Positions 47,681-58,218 are shown, counted from the stretch's first letter. The stretch: DNA of 64,000 nucleotides from Candidatus Binatia bacterium (GCA_050735675.1 JBOHVN010000252.1:223-64222); one strand, 5' to 3'. Program-made: numbers and translations. Notes: generated by a model not told the origin, from the sequence alone.

Positions 47681-47759
47681 GACTCGGATCGGGCGGCGAA
47701 ACTTGACCTTGAACGGCGGGTCGGCGGTGTCATAATCATTCTTCGCTTGGTTTTTATTT

Positions 47760-48683
47760 ATGGCAGAGGCGGAAAACAAGAACAAGAAAAAAAACGCGGC
47801 GCCTTTTCGCGCCGGCACGATTGCCATCATCGGGCGGCCCAACGTCGGCAAGTCGACGCTGCTCAACCAAATTCTCGGCGAGAAGGTCGCCATCGTTTCG
47901 CCCAAGCCGCAGACCACGCGCAATCGCATCACCGGCATACGCACGACGCCAGCCTCACAGATCGTTTTTCTCGACACGCCGGGGATTCATCAGGGTCATT
48001 CAATGATGAATCGGCGCATGGTGGATACCGCCATGCAGACGCTCGACGAAGTGGACGGGGTCGTCTGGCTGCTCGACGCCCACGCTAAGATCAAACAGGA
48101 AGAAGAACGAATCGCCGAGATGGTGCGCGGCGTGGATACGCCGGTGTTGATGCTTCTGAACAAGATTGATTTGATCTCCAAGGGAAAGTTGCTGCCATTG
48201 ATGGAACGCTGCGCGCAGTTGGCACCGGGCAAGGAGATCGTGCCGGTGAGCGCGCTCACGGGCGACGGCGTGCAACTGGTTTTGGATATCGTCGAAAAGT
48301 GGTTGCCGGAAGGAACGCCGTTTTTCACCGAAGGAGAGTACACCGATCAGTCCGAGCGTTTTCTCGCTTCGGAAATCGTCCGCGAGAAAGTATTTTTGCT
48401 CACTCGCGACGAAATTCCTTACGGCGTCGCGGTGACGATCGACGAATTCACCGAAAAGCAAGAAAAGAACTTGCTCGTCATCTCGGCGACGATCCATACC
48501 GAGCGCGATTCTCACAAAGGAATCTTGATCGGCAAGCGCGGCGCCATGCTCAAAGAGATCGGCAAACAGGCGCGCGAGGAATTGGAAAAATTACTGGGTT
48601 GGCGAATTTTTATCGAGCTTTTCGTGCGCGTCGATCCAGGCTGGACGCAAAATCCACATTTGTTAACCGAGATGGGTTTGTAG
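47760..48683 (+). CDS. era: GTPase Era
   Basis: G1 is GRPNVGKST, G3 is DTPG, and G4 is NKID. The C-terminus is KH-like. Confidence 0.95.
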   Translation: MAEAENKNKKKNAAPFRAGTIAIIGRPNVGKSTLLNQILGEKVAIVSPKPQTTRNRITGIRTTPASQIVFLDTPGIHQGHSMMNRRMVDTAMQTLDEVDGVVWLLDAHAKIKQEEERIAEMVRGVDTPVLMLLNKIDLISKGKLLPLMERCAQLAPGKEIVPVSALTGDGVQLVLDIVEKWLPEGTPFFTEGEYTDQSERFLASEIVREKVFLLTRDEIPYGVAVTIDEFTEKQEKNLLVISATIHTERDSHKGILIGKRGAMLKEIGKQAREELEKLLGWRIFIELFVRVDPGWTQNPHLLTEMGL

Positions 48684-50078
48684 ATGCAGGCAACTTCCAC
48701 GGCGCGTTTTACCGCAGGGCATAAGCCGGCGCGAAAGCTGCCGCTCGTAGCCATCGTTGGCCGGCCCAACGTCGGGAAATCGACGTTGTTCAACCGTCTC
48801 GTCGGCGAGCGCAAAGCGATCGTCGACGATTTACCCGGCGTGACCCGTGATCGCAACTACGCCGAGGCTGAGTGGGCGGGGCGCAGCTATCTGCTTGTCG
48901 ATACCGGCGGTATGGAGTCGGATAGCGGCGGCAAGCTCGAACAGAGTGTTCAAGCGCAGAGCCGCCTCGCGGTGGCGGAAGCGGACATCGTCGTTTTTCT
49001 GCTCGACGGCAAAGGCGGTCTCAATCCGCTGGACCGCGAAGCGGTCGATGAGTTGCGCCGGACGAATAAGCCGGTGTTTTTTGCCGTTAATAAGCTCGAT
49101 TCACAGCGGCGCGCCGATAATCTGTACGAGTTTTTCGCTCTCGGGCTCGATCAGCTTTATTCGATCTCGGCCGAACACGGCTTGGGTATTGCTAATTTAA
49201 TGGATAACATCGTCGGCCGGTTGCCACACGAATTGCCGAGCGGCGCCGGCTCAGTCCCGGAGCAGCCGGAAGAAATTCTCGAGCCGCTGCGGGTTGCCGT
49301 GGTTGGCCGTCCCAACGTCGGGAAGTCGACACTGATCAATCGTCTGCTCGGTTTCGAGCGCTCGGTTGTAGACTCCAAGCCGGGTACGACGCGCGATTCG
49401 CTCGACACGCCGTTCGAGCTCATGGGCCAACCCTGCATACTGATCGATACCGCGGGCATTCGCCGCAAGGCGCGCATCGACGACCGCATCGAACGCTTTA
49501 GCGTCCATCGCTCGCTCCGCGCCGTGGACCGCGGCGATTTGATCATCCATGTCATCGATGGTCCGGAAGGTGTCACCGATCAGGATGCGCAGATTCTGAG
49601 TTACGCGATCCAGCGCGGCAAGGCGCTGCTGCTGGCCGTGAACAAGTGGGACTTGGTATCAAAGGACGACGGCGACACGGCGAAGTATCGCGACGAAGTG
49701 AACTACCGGCTTTCGTTCCTGGAGTTTGCTCCGATCGCTTTTGTCTCGGCTGCGACGGGCCACGGCGTGCGCAAGATGTTACAGACCGCAATGCGGGTAA
49801 TGCAAGCTTACGGGCGTAAGGTATCCACGTCGGCGCTCAATCAGGCGCTGCAGAAAATCGTGCGCGCGCACTCCGCGCCGCTGTCGCAGGGTCGGGCGGT
49901 GAAGTTTTACTATGGTACCCAGACCGGCACGCGGCCGCCGACGTTTACCTTGTTCGTCAACCGGCCCGGAGCGGTGCACGAAAGTTATCAAAGATATCTG
50001 GTTCATCAGCTGCGTGAAAACCTCGGTTTCGAAAACGCGCCGCTTCGACTCCATTTGCGGGCCCGCCGCAAAGAATGA
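48684..50078 (+). CDS. der: Ribosome-biogenesis GTPase Der (EngA), two tandem G domains
   Basis: GRPNVGKST occurs twice, together with DTGG/DTAG and NKLD/NKWD. The gene starts on the nucleotide after the era stop. Confidence 0.95.
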   Translation: MQATSTARFTAGHKPARKLPLVAIVGRPNVGKSTLFNRLVGERKAIVDDLPGVTRDRNYAEAEWAGRSYLLVDTGGMESDSGGKLEQSVQAQSRLAVAEADIVVFLLDGKGGLNPLDREAVDELRRTNKPVFFAVNKLDSQRRADNLYEFFALGLDQLYSISAEHGLGIANLMDNIVGRLPHELPSGAGSVPEQPEEILEPLRVAVVGRPNVGKSTLINRLLGFERSVVDSKPGTTRDSLDTPFELMGQPCILIDTAGIRRKARIDDRIERFSVHRSLRAVDRGDLIIHVIDGPEGVTDQDAQILSYAIQRGKALLLAVNKWDLVSKDDGDTAKYRDEVNYRLSFLEFAPIAFVSAATGHGVRKMLQTAMRVMQAYGRKVSTSALNQALQKIVRAHSAPLSQGRAVKFYYGTQTGTRPPTFTLFVNRPGAVHESYQRYLVHQLRENLGFENAPLRLHLRARRKE

Positions 50079-50431
50079 AAAGCCAATCGGTCATGACACC
50101 GCGGTGGCAGTCGTTGCCGATGAGCGGGCATCACCGAGTTTGCTGGCGGGAAATGCGCTTCCGATCATCATCCCGTGACCTTGAGTGGCGCGCTGCGACG
50201 GCATTTTCGGTTCCTTCGTGCTCGGTCCCGCGTGAAAAAAAAGATTGCTGCGATTGGAAGAAAGATTCGTAAAAACAAAACCTTTGCAGGGATAACCCGG
50301 TGTGCTCCCGGGCCCGCTTATAGGCCTGTTCTGGCCTTCGGCAGGAAATTACCTTATCATTTTCATCTCGTCTCCCTGGCTTCGCATTGAACCATCGACT
50401 CGCGCGCCAGTTTGACAATCTGTAAACGAGT

Positions 50432-51583
50432 ATGGTTGAGCCATCGTTATCTTTTACGAAAGGAAATTCAGCCGGCGTGCCGACGCGCGATCCGTATGCG
50501 CCTTGGCTTGCGCTGAGTCGGGTCAAGGGACTCGGCGGCGTGGGCTTCAAGCGGCTGGCGGGGCGTTTCAGTGATCCGACCCAAGCGTTTTTCGCCTCCA
50601 GAGCGGAATTGGAGCAAGTCGAGGGGTTGCATCGGGACGTCATCGACGCGCTCGCGAATTTTTCCGCTTGGCTCGAGGTCGACGATGAGTTGCGTCGCAC
50701 TCGTGAAGCCGGCGTAACGATCGTGCCGTTCAACGATCCAAGCTATCCGGGGCGTTTGCGCATGATCGCCGACCCGCCGCCGGTGCTTTACATGAAAGGG
50801 GCGGTGCGCGCCGAAGACGATCGCGCGGTGGCGATCGTTGGATCGCGCAGCGCCAGCGATTACGGCCGGCGCGTCGCGCGCGATCTGGCGCGCGGCTTAG
50901 CTGCGTTGGGATTCACGGTAGTGAGCGGCATGGCGCGGGGCATCGACGGCACGGCGCATGAGTGCGCTTTGCAGGCGGGCGGCCGCACGATCGCGGTATT
51001 GGGCTCCGGCGTCGAACGGGCCTATCCGCCGGAGCATGAACGACTATACCGGCGCATCAATGAAAGCGGCGCAGTGATCTCGGAACTGCCGGTCGGCACG
51101 CGGCCTCTGGCGTTTAATTTTCCGGCGCGCAATCGGCTTATCAGCGGTTTGTCGTTGGGCGTCGTGGTGGTCGAGGCAACTGAGAAGAGCGGCTCGTTGA
51201 TCACCGCGGCTTTGGCGCTGGAGCAGGCGCGCGAAGTATTCGCCGTGCCCGGCGAGGTCGGCGCAAGTCGCAGCCGCGGCTCGCATCGATTGATTCGCCA
51301 GGGGGCGAAACTGGTCGAGACCGTTGACGATATCATCGAGGAGATCGCGCCCCAGCTCGTGCGCCGCGGCGGTGCGGCCGAGACGGCGCGGGTGTTGGCG
51401 CCAAGCGCCAGTGCGAGTGCGCGAAAAATTTTCGAAATGCTGCAAGACAATTCCCTGCAAGTGGATCAGGTCATCGAACGGAGCGGACTGCCGGCCGCCC
51501 AGGTGTTGGAAATTCTGTTGGACCTGGAATTGCAAGGATTTATTCGGCAGGCGCCGGGCAAGATTTACGCGGCGGAAAGATAA
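50432..51583 (+). CDS. dprA: DNA-processing protein DprA (Smf)
   Basis: The sequence contains VAIVGSRSASDYG, SGMARGIDG, GVVVVEA..KSGSLITA and a C-terminal winged-helix-like tail. Confidence 0.9.
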   Translation: MVEPSLSFTKGNSAGVPTRDPYAPWLALSRVKGLGGVGFKRLAGRFSDPTQAFFASRAELEQVEGLHRDVIDALANFSAWLEVDDELRRTREAGVTIVPFNDPSYPGRLRMIADPPPVLYMKGAVRAEDDRAVAIVGSRSASDYGRRVARDLARGLAALGFTVVSGMARGIDGTAHECALQAGGRTIAVLGSGVERAYPPEHERLYRRINESGAVISELPVGTRPLAFNFPARNRLISGLSLGVVVVEATEKSGSLITAALALEQAREVFAVPGEVGASRSRGSHRLIRQGAKLVETVDDIIEEIAPQLVRRGGAAETARVLAPSASASARKIFEMLQDNSLQVDQVIERSGLPAAQVLEILLDLELQGFIRQAPGKIYAAER

Positions 51584-51628
51584 ATTCACACAACCTAGTT
51601 GAGCACGCTCAGAAAAGAGTCCATCCCT

Positions 51629-53938
51629 ATGGCAGCAAAGAATCTGGTTATCGTTGAGTCTCCCGCCAAGGCCAAAACCTTGGAGAAATATCTAGGCCGG
51701 GATTTTCAAGTCAAAGCGTCGATTGGCCATGTCGTCGACTTGCCCAAAAGCAAACTCGGTGTCGATGTCAAAAAAGACTTCGCCCCCGACTTTACCGTCA
51801 TTCAGGGTAAGAAAAAGATCATCGACGATTTAAAAAAAGCGGCCAAGGGCAAGGAAAACATCTATTTGGCTTCCGACCCGGATCGCGAAGGCGAAGCGAT
51901 TGCGTGGCATATCGCCGGCCAAGTCGTCAAGAATCACAAGCGCGTGCACCGCGTGCTGATCAACGAAATTACCAAGAAGGCGGTGCAGGACGCGATCGCC
52001 AAACCGCTGGCGCTCGACCGCAACAAATTCGACGCGCAGGTCGCCCGCCGTGTGCTTGACCGCTTGGTCGGTTACAAGATCAGCCCGCTACTATGGAACA
52101 AGGTGCGGCGCGGCCTCAGCGCCGGGCGCGTGCAGTCGGTGGCGGTGCGGTTGGTATGCGAGCGCGAGACCGACATTCGCGCTTTCGAGCCGGTGGAATA
52201 CTGGTCGCTGACCGCGCTTCTGGAAGGGCGTCTGACGCCGTCGTTCAAAGCCAAGCTCGTCCAGTGGAAAGAGCAGAAGGTCGACAACAAGAAGTTTCGC
52301 CTGGAAAACGATGCCATTGTCCAAGGCATCATCCAGTCGCTCGATGGCGCAGATTGGGCGATCGGCGAGGTCGAGAAGAAAGAGCGCCGCCGTTATCCGA
52401 CGCCGCCGTTTGTCACCAGCAAACTGCAGCAGGAAGCGGCGCGCAAGCTCGGCTTTCAGCCTCGGCGCACCATGCAGCTGGCGCAGCATCTTTATGAAGG
52501 CGTCGAGCTCGGCAACGAAGGTTCAGTCGGTTTGATTACCTACATGCGCACCGATTCGACGCGGATTTCTAACGATGCGCTTGCCGCCGCGCGCCGGCAT
52601 ATTCAAGCGCAATACGGCAAGAATTACGTGCCAGGCAAGCCCAATACGTTTCGCTCGAAAAAGAGCGCGCAGGACGCCCACGAAGCGATTCGTCCGACTT
52701 CGCTGGAGTACACCCCGGAGCGCGTGCGCCGTTACTTGCGGCGCGATATGTTTCAACTTTACTCGCTGATTTGGGACCGCTTCGTGGCAAGCCAGATGGT
52801 GCCGGCGGTGTACGATCAAACCGCTTTCGAGATTCCGGTCAAAGAAGCGCTGTTTCGCGCCACCGGCCAGCAGATCAAGTTCGACGGCTTCATGAAGGTC
52901 TATATAGAAGGGCGCGACGAGCGCGCGGCGCAGGCCAACGGCGAGGATGACGACGAGGCGCAGGACGCGGACGGCATGCTGCCGGATTTGCAAAGGGGCG
53001 ACGCCTTAAAGCTGCTTTCGCTGGATCCGCGCCAGCATTTTACCCAGCCGCCGCCGCGCTACACCCAGGCCTCCTTGATTAAGGAACTCGACGAAAAAGG
53101 CATCGGCAGGCCGTCTACTTACGCGGCGATTATTTCCAATATTCTAGACCGCGAGTACGTGGCGCAGAACGAAAGCCGCCAACTGTTGCCCACCGATTTG
53201 GGTTTTCTCGTTACCGATCTTTTGGTCGAGAGCTTTCCCGACATTCTTAACGTGGAGTTCACCGCCAGCATGGAGGACGAGCTCGACAAGATCGAAGGCG
53301 GCAAAGAAAAGTGGACCAAGGCGATGAAGCGGTTCTATACGCCGTTTGAGCGCGATCTCAAGAAGGCCGAGAAAGAGATGCGCGACGTCAAACGGCAGGA
53401 AGTGCCGACGGATATCGACTGTGACAAGTGCGGCGCGAAGATGGTGATCAAATGGGGGCGCAACGGCGAGTTCCTCGCTTGCCCGCAATATCCCGAGTGC
53501 AAAAACACGAAAAATCTTAAACGCAGCGATACGGGCGAGATTGAAATCGCCGCCGAAGAAGAGGTCGATGAAACCTGCGAGGAGTGCGGCCGGCCGATGC
53601 TTCTACGCTGGGGAAAATTCGGTAAATTCCTCGGCTGCAGCGGCTATCCCGAGTGCAAAAACATTCAACCGCTGCAAAAGCCGGTCGATCTCGGCGTCAA
53701 ATGTCCGGAGTGCAAGAAGGGTAATATCAAGGAGCGCAAATCGCGCTGGGGTAAAGTTTTTTATGGCTGCGATAAGTATCCCGAATGCAAATTCGCGTCT
53801 TGGGACAAACCCATGCCGACGCCTTGTCCTGAATGCGACAGCCCGATCCTGGTCGAGAAAGTGACCAAGCGCAACGGCCGCAGCCATCGTTGTTATAAGA
53901 AGGAGTGCGGCTACTCGATCCAGGTCGCCGAACAGTAA
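51629..53938 (+). CDS. topA: DNA topoisomerase I with multiple C-terminal zinc ribbons
   Basis: The Toprim start is LVIVESPAKAKT. The active-site region is YMRTDS. There are four CxxC...CxxC ribbons. Confidence 0.95.
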   Translation: MAAKNLVIVESPAKAKTLEKYLGRDFQVKASIGHVVDLPKSKLGVDVKKDFAPDFTVIQGKKKIIDDLKKAAKGKENIYLASDPDREGEAIAWHIAGQVVKNHKRVHRVLINEITKKAVQDAIAKPLALDRNKFDAQVARRVLDRLVGYKISPLLWNKVRRGLSAGRVQSVAVRLVCERETDIRAFEPVEYWSLTALLEGRLTPSFKAKLVQWKEQKVDNKKFRLENDAIVQGIIQSLDGADWAIGEVEKKERRRYPTPPFVTSKLQQEAARKLGFQPRRTMQLAQHLYEGVELGNEGSVGLITYMRTDSTRISNDALAAARRHIQAQYGKNYVPGKPNTFRSKKSAQDAHEAIRPTSLEYTPERVRRYLRRDMFQLYSLIWDRFVASQMVPAVYDQTAFEIPVKEALFRATGQQIKFDGFMKVYIEGRDERAAQANGEDDDEAQDADGMLPDLQRGDALKLLSLDPRQHFTQPPPRYTQASLIKELDEKGIGRPSTYAAIISNILDREYVAQNESRQLLPTDLGFLVTDLLVESFPDILNVEFTASMEDELDKIEGGKEKWTKAMKRFYTPFERDLKKAEKEMRDVKRQEVPTDIDCDKCGAKMVIKWGRNGEFLACPQYPECKNTKNLKRSDTGEIEIAAEEEVDETCEECGRPMLLRWGKFGKFLGCSGYPECKNIQPLQKPVDLGVKCPECKKGNIKERKSRWGKVFYGCDKYPECKFASWDKPMPTPCPECDSPILVEKVTKRNGRSHRCYKKECGYSIQVAEQ

Positions 53939-54060
53939 TCAGTCGGCGACACGACGAACCTGTCGGCGCGATTTATAGATTTGTAAGATCAGTCATTCGA
54001 TTACGCGCCGCGCCGCGGCGATCGCCGCCGCGGCGATCACAATGCATTTTTCATTCGCTC

Positions 54061-55428
54061 ATGGAAAATATCGTTCGCATCATCGGCGGCGGGCTGGCGG
54101 GCGCGGAGGCCGCCTGGCAGCTGGCTCGCCGCCGTGTCGCCGTGGAACTTTTCGAGATGCGCCCGCAGCGCATGACCGAGGCTCACGCTGGCGCCAATCT
54201 CGGTGAACTGGTGTGCAGCAACTCGCTGCGCTCGGATCTGATGACGGCGCCGGCCGGCCTGTTGAAAGCGGAGATGCGCCAGCTCGCTTCGCTCGTGATT
54301 CGCTGCGCCGAAGCCACCCGGGTGCCGGCCGGCTCGGCTTTGGCGGTGGATCGCGAACGGTTCAGTGCGGCGCTGACTGAGGCCGTCGAAGCGCTGGCGT
54401 CAGTGCGGATCACCCGGCGGGAGATTCAGGCCATCCCCGACGACGGCATCGTGATACTTGCCACCGGGCCGCTCACTTCGCCGGTTTTATCGCGCGATCT
54501 GGCGGCGCGCCTGGGCGAAGAACATCTTTATTTTTACGACGCGATTTCTCCCATCGTCACCGCCGAGTCGATCGACATCAACGGGGCGTTTCGCGCCGCG
54601 CGGTACAACAAAGGCGGCGATGACTATCTCAATTTGCCGATGACCCGCCAAGAGTACGATCGTTTCGTTACCGCGCTGTTGAGTGCCGAGCGGGTGCCGA
54701 CTCACAACTTCGAGCGCTTCGTGCCGTTCGAGGGTTGCATGCCGATCGAAGAAATAGCCAACCGCGGCCGGGAAACACTGGCGTTCGGTCCCATGCGCGC
54801 CGTCGGGCTGAGCGATCCGCGCACCGGCCGGCCTCCCTACGCGGTCGTGCAGCTGCGCCAGGAGAACAGAGAAAAAACGCTATACAATCTGGTCGGCTTT
54901 CAAACCAAGATGACCTATCCGGAGCAGCGGCGCGTGTTCGCGCTGGTCCCCGGCTTGGCCAATGCCGAGTTCGTTCGCCTCGGCAGCCTGCACCGCAACA
55001 CCTTTATTAATGCGCCCAAACACCTTCTGCCGACGCTCCAGTGGCGTCAACGCGCGTCGCTATTTTTCGCCGGGCAAATGACCGGTGTCGAAGGCTACAT
55101 TGAATCGGCTGCGACCGGCCTGCTCGCCGGCATCAATGCCGCCAATTTGCTCGCCGGCAAGCCGCCGGTGGTGCCGCCGGCGACGACGGCGCTCGGAGCG
55201 CTGTTAGGTTACATCACCGATCCTGAGCGCACGAGGTTTCAACCGATGAACGTGAACTTCGGCTTGATCCCGTCTTTGGCCGAGCGTGTGCGCGGCAGAG
55301 TGAAAAAGGAAATGATGTCACGGCGCGCGCTGGCCGACATGGCCGCATGGCTGCGCGAGACCGACAATGCGATTGCGCCTGCTGATGCGCAATCAAACTC
55401 CGGCTCGGAAACCGTCTTGGCGCGATGA
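54061..55428 (+). CDS. trmFO: Methylenetetrahydrofolate--tRNA-(uracil54-C5)-methyltransferase
   Basis: The FAD motif is IIGGGLAGAEAAWQLA, and the sequence also contains FAGQMTGVEGYIES. I chose the ATG at 54061 (MENIVRIIGGG). Confidence 0.9.
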   Translation: MENIVRIIGGGLAGAEAAWQLARRRVAVELFEMRPQRMTEAHAGANLGELVCSNSLRSDLMTAPAGLLKAEMRQLASLVIRCAEATRVPAGSALAVDRERFSAALTEAVEALASVRITRREIQAIPDDGIVILATGPLTSPVLSRDLAARLGEEHLYFYDAISPIVTAESIDINGAFRAARYNKGGDDYLNLPMTRQEYDRFVTALLSAERVPTHNFERFVPFEGCMPIEEIANRGRETLAFGPMRAVGLSDPRTGRPPYAVVQLRQENREKTLYNLVGFQTKMTYPEQRRVFALVPGLANAEFVRLGSLHRNTFINAPKHLLPTLQWRQRASLFFAGQMTGVEGYIESAATGLLAGINAANLLAGKPPVVPPATTALGALLGYITDPERTRFQPMNVNFGLIPSLAERVRGRVKKEMMSRRALADMAAWLRETDNAIAPADAQSNSGSETVLAR

Positions 55429-56360
55429 CTCCACGCCGCGTTGCTTTCATCGACATCGGCACGAACTCCATTCTCTGCCTGATCGCAGACGTCAGAGACA
55501 CGGGTCGCTTCAGAGTCCTGGACGATCTGGCCGACATCGCGCGCCTGGGCCAAGGTGTCGACCGCACCCGCCGAATCAGTCCCGAAGGCGAGCAGCGCGC
55601 GCTCGCAGTGCTCCAACGCTATCGCGACCACTGCAGGAACTTGGGGGTCGAGGAGATCATCGCTGTCGGCACGAGCGCTTTGCGCGATGCCGAGAACAGC
55701 GGCGAAGTCCGGGCGCGCTATCGCGACGAGCTCGGCTTTGACATCCGGGTGATATCGGGTAAGGAAGAAGCCGCCTATTCCTTTCTAGCCGTGCAGCGCG
55801 GTCTCTCTCTCGATGCCACGGAGTTCATGGTCATTGATATCGGCGGCGGCAGCACCGAGTTTATTCGCGGTAACCAGTCGGGCGTGTCCCGGGCCGTCAG
55901 CATCGATGTCGGTTCGGTACGGCTGACCGAGCGGTTTCTGCATAACGATCCGGTGCGCAGCGATGAAGTTACGGCGATGATCGCGGCCGTTGACCACGAA
56001 ATCGCACAGTTGCCCCGACTCGGCATTCAAGCCGATTCGAGCCTCACGCTCGTCGGCATCGCCGGCACGTTTACGACGCTGGCCGCAGTGCAAAAGAAGT
56101 TGCAACATTATTCCCACAGCGATGTTCACGGCAGTCGGCTCACTCTCGACGAACTCAGGCGGCAGGTCAGTCTGTTTCAGCAGAAATCCGTCGCCGAACG
56201 AAAAGGCATGGTCGGGATGGATCCAAAAAGAGCCGATGTGATTTTTGCCGGTGCTTGCTTGATCGAGCGGATCATGAAATTCTATCGCGCCGAGCACGTC
56301 ATCGTCAGCGATCAGGGTGTGCGTTACGGTTTGCTCCACAAAGCCGCGCAAGCGCTGTAG
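55425..56360 (+). CDS. Ppx/GppA-family phosphatase
   Basis: The sequence contains AFIDIGTNS, DIGGGSTE and GIAGT. The start overlaps the trmFO stop. Confidence 0.85.
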   Translation: MTPRRVAFIDIGTNSILCLIADVRDTGRFRVLDDLADIARLGQGVDRTRRISPEGEQRALAVLQRYRDHCRNLGVEEIIAVGTSALRDAENSGEVRARYRDELGFDIRVISGKEEAAYSFLAVQRGLSLDATEFMVIDIGGGSTEFIRGNQSGVSRAVSIDVGSVRLTERFLHNDPVRSDEVTAMIAAVDHEIAQLPRLGIQADSSLTLVGIAGTFTTLAAVQKKLQHYSHSDVHGSRLTLDELRRQVSLFQQKSVAERKGMVGMDPKRADVIFAGACLIERIMKFYRAEHVIVSDQGVRYGLLHKAAQAL

Positions 56361-56477
56361 AAACTGTTGACTTTTGTTAGCGAATTGGAAATGATCGGCC
56401 TTTGTTTTTGACAATCAAAAAATATTCCGGGTACCTTTCAATGAACGCCGGGCTTGTCACTGGGGGAGGCGAGAGCA

Positions 56478-56747
56478 ATGACCAAAGCAGAGTTAGTCGA
56501 CGCCGTTGCCAAGAGCGCTAACATCAGCAAGCTCACCGCCAACGAGGCAGTGGATGCAACGTTCAGCAGCATTGCCAAAGCGATCAAAAAAAGCAGGCGG
56601 TTCCAGGTACCTGGTTTTGGGACTTTCACCGTACGCTCGCGCAAGGCTCGCAAAGGCAGAAATCCTCAGACCGGCGCGATGATGAACATCGGTGCCAGTC
56701 GCACGGTAGGATTCAAGGCCGCCCCAGTGCTCAAAAAGGGGCTCTAG
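56478..56747 (+). CDS. hup: HU-family DNA-binding protein
   Basis: The sequence reads MTKAELVDAVA...GFGTFTVRSRKARKGRNPQTG. Confidence 0.9.
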   Translation: MTKAELVDAVAKSANISKLTANEAVDATFSSIAKAIKKSRRFQVPGFGTFTVRSRKARKGRNPQTGAMMNIGASRTVGFKAAPVLKKGL

Positions 56748-56768
56748 ACCATTCGGTCAACGGTCGGA

Positions 56769-56800
56769 GGTCACGCGGAAAACCGGGTGGCCTTTTTTTT
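56769..56800 (+). terminator. Rho-independent terminator after hup
   Basis: The outer stem is ggtcac/gtggcc, the inner hairpin is cgg-aaaa-ccg, and a T8 run follows. Confidence 0.5.
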
Positions 56801-56865
56801 GGCCGACTTGATGAGCGGGGTTCAGGCACGTAATATAAACCGGCATGGATCGGCAGAGTTTCGTC

Positions 56866-57783
56866 ATGTCATTGAAAACGGAAAAAATCTGGTTGGACGG
56901 AGAATTGATTCGTTGGGAGGACGCCAAGGTGCACGTGTTGGCGCACGGACTGCACTACGGCACAGGATATTTCGAAGGGATCCGTTGCTACGAGGTTGCG
57001 GATGGCCGGTCGGCCGTTTTTCGCCTGCCGGAGCATATGCGCCGGCTCGCTGATTCGGGCAAAATTCTGGGCTTTCCTTTGCCGTATACGGTCGAACAAA
57101 TGTGCAAGGCCACGGCAGAAGTCATTCGGGCGAACAATCTAAAAGCCTGTTACATCCGGCCTCTCGCCTTTCTCGGACTCGGCGACCTTGGAATCTACGT
57201 GCCGCACAATCCCGTGAACGTGTGCATCGCGGTGTGGCCCTGGGGGGCCTATCTCGGCGACGAGGGACTCAAAAACGGCATTCGCGCCAAGGTGTCCTCC
57301 TACACGCGCCACCATGTCAACGTGATGATGACGAAAAGCAAGACGACGGGTAACTACGTCAATTCGGTTCTCGCCAAAGCGGAAGTCAAAAAGGGCGGAT
57401 ACGACGAAGCGGTCATGCTCGACAGCGAGGGTTATGTGTCCGAAGCCAGCGGCGAAAATATTTTCATCGTGCGCAACGGCAAGATCAAAACTACGCCGCT
57501 CACGTCGATCCTGCCGGGCATAACGCGAGATTCGATCATTACCCTGGCCCTGGACAAAGGTTACGAAGTGGTCGAAGAGCGTTTTACCCGCGACGAGCTC
57601 TACATCGCGGATGAAGCGTTCTTCACCGGCACGGCGGCGGAGCTGACGCCGATCCGCGAAGTCGACGACCGCCAGATCGGCGCCGGCCGGCGCGGTCCCG
57701 TGACCGAAGATATTCAAGAAACATTTTTCGATGTGATCAAAGGAAAAAATCACAAATACCAGAAATGGCTCACTTACGTTTAG
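56866..57783 (+). CDS. ilvE: Branched-chain amino acid aminotransferase
   Basis: The sequence contains IWLDGELIRWEDAKVHVLAHGLHYGTGYFEGIR and the class IV PLP-fold lysine region. Confidence 0.9.
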   Translation: MSLKTEKIWLDGELIRWEDAKVHVLAHGLHYGTGYFEGIRCYEVADGRSAVFRLPEHMRRLADSGKILGFPLPYTVEQMCKATAEVIRANNLKACYIRPLAFLGLGDLGIYVPHNPVNVCIAVWPWGAYLGDEGLKNGIRAKVSSYTRHHVNVMMTKSKTTGNYVNSVLAKAEVKKGGYDEAVMLDSEGYVSEASGENIFIVRNGKIKTTPLTSILPGITRDSIITLALDKGYEVVEERFTRDELYIADEAFFTGTAAELTPIREVDDRQIGAGRRGPVTEDIQETFFDVIKGKNHKYQKWLTYV

Positions 57784-57843
57784 CCGCGCGTCGCGCGATT
57801 GTTCGTTCGCCCGCGAGCCGGCCGATCATCCAATAGATTGCCG

Positions 57844-58215
57844 ATGTCAGACACCTTCGACGCAACTTTACGTATCACCATGTTGCCGCGCGACACCAAC
57901 GCGCGCGGCACGATTTTCGGCGGTGTCATTCTTAGCCACATCGACTTGGCCGGAGGCATCGCGGCGTCGCGGCAAGCATCGCGAAACTTTGTCACGCGGG
58001 CGATGCGCGAAGTTGAGTTCATTGCGCCGGTCTATGTCGGCGACGTGGTGAGTTTCTATACGGCGGTGCTGCGCCAGGGCACGACTTCAATCACGGTGAA
58101 AGTGAGCGTTGAAGCGGAGCGCGGCAGGGAGCCGCGCCATCGCGTCAAGGTGACCGAGGCGGAAGTCATTTACGTGGCTGTCGACGAGGCGGGGAAAGCG
58201 CTACCATTGAAATAA
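57844..58215 (+). CDS. Acyl-CoA thioesterase (hotdog fold, YciA-like)
   Basis: The sequence contains MLPRDTNARGTIFGGVILSHIDLAG. Confidence 0.8.
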   Translation: MSDTFDATLRITMLPRDTNARGTIFGGVILSHIDLAGGIAASRQASRNFVTRAMREVEFIAPVYVGDVVSFYTAVLRQGTTSITVKVSVEAERGREPRHRVKVTEAEVIYVAVDEAGKALPLK

Positions 58216-58218
58216 CCG

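Noticed and set aside
50079-50431. The der-dprA spacer, considered as a known housekeeping ncRNA (tmRNA, RNase P RNA, SRP RNA, 6S).
   Set aside because: None of the conserved signature strings I know for these RNAs is present, such as the GGAAAGTCCGGGC-type P4 region, a tRNA-like CCA end or the SRP domain IV motif. 6S cannot be excluded by eye.
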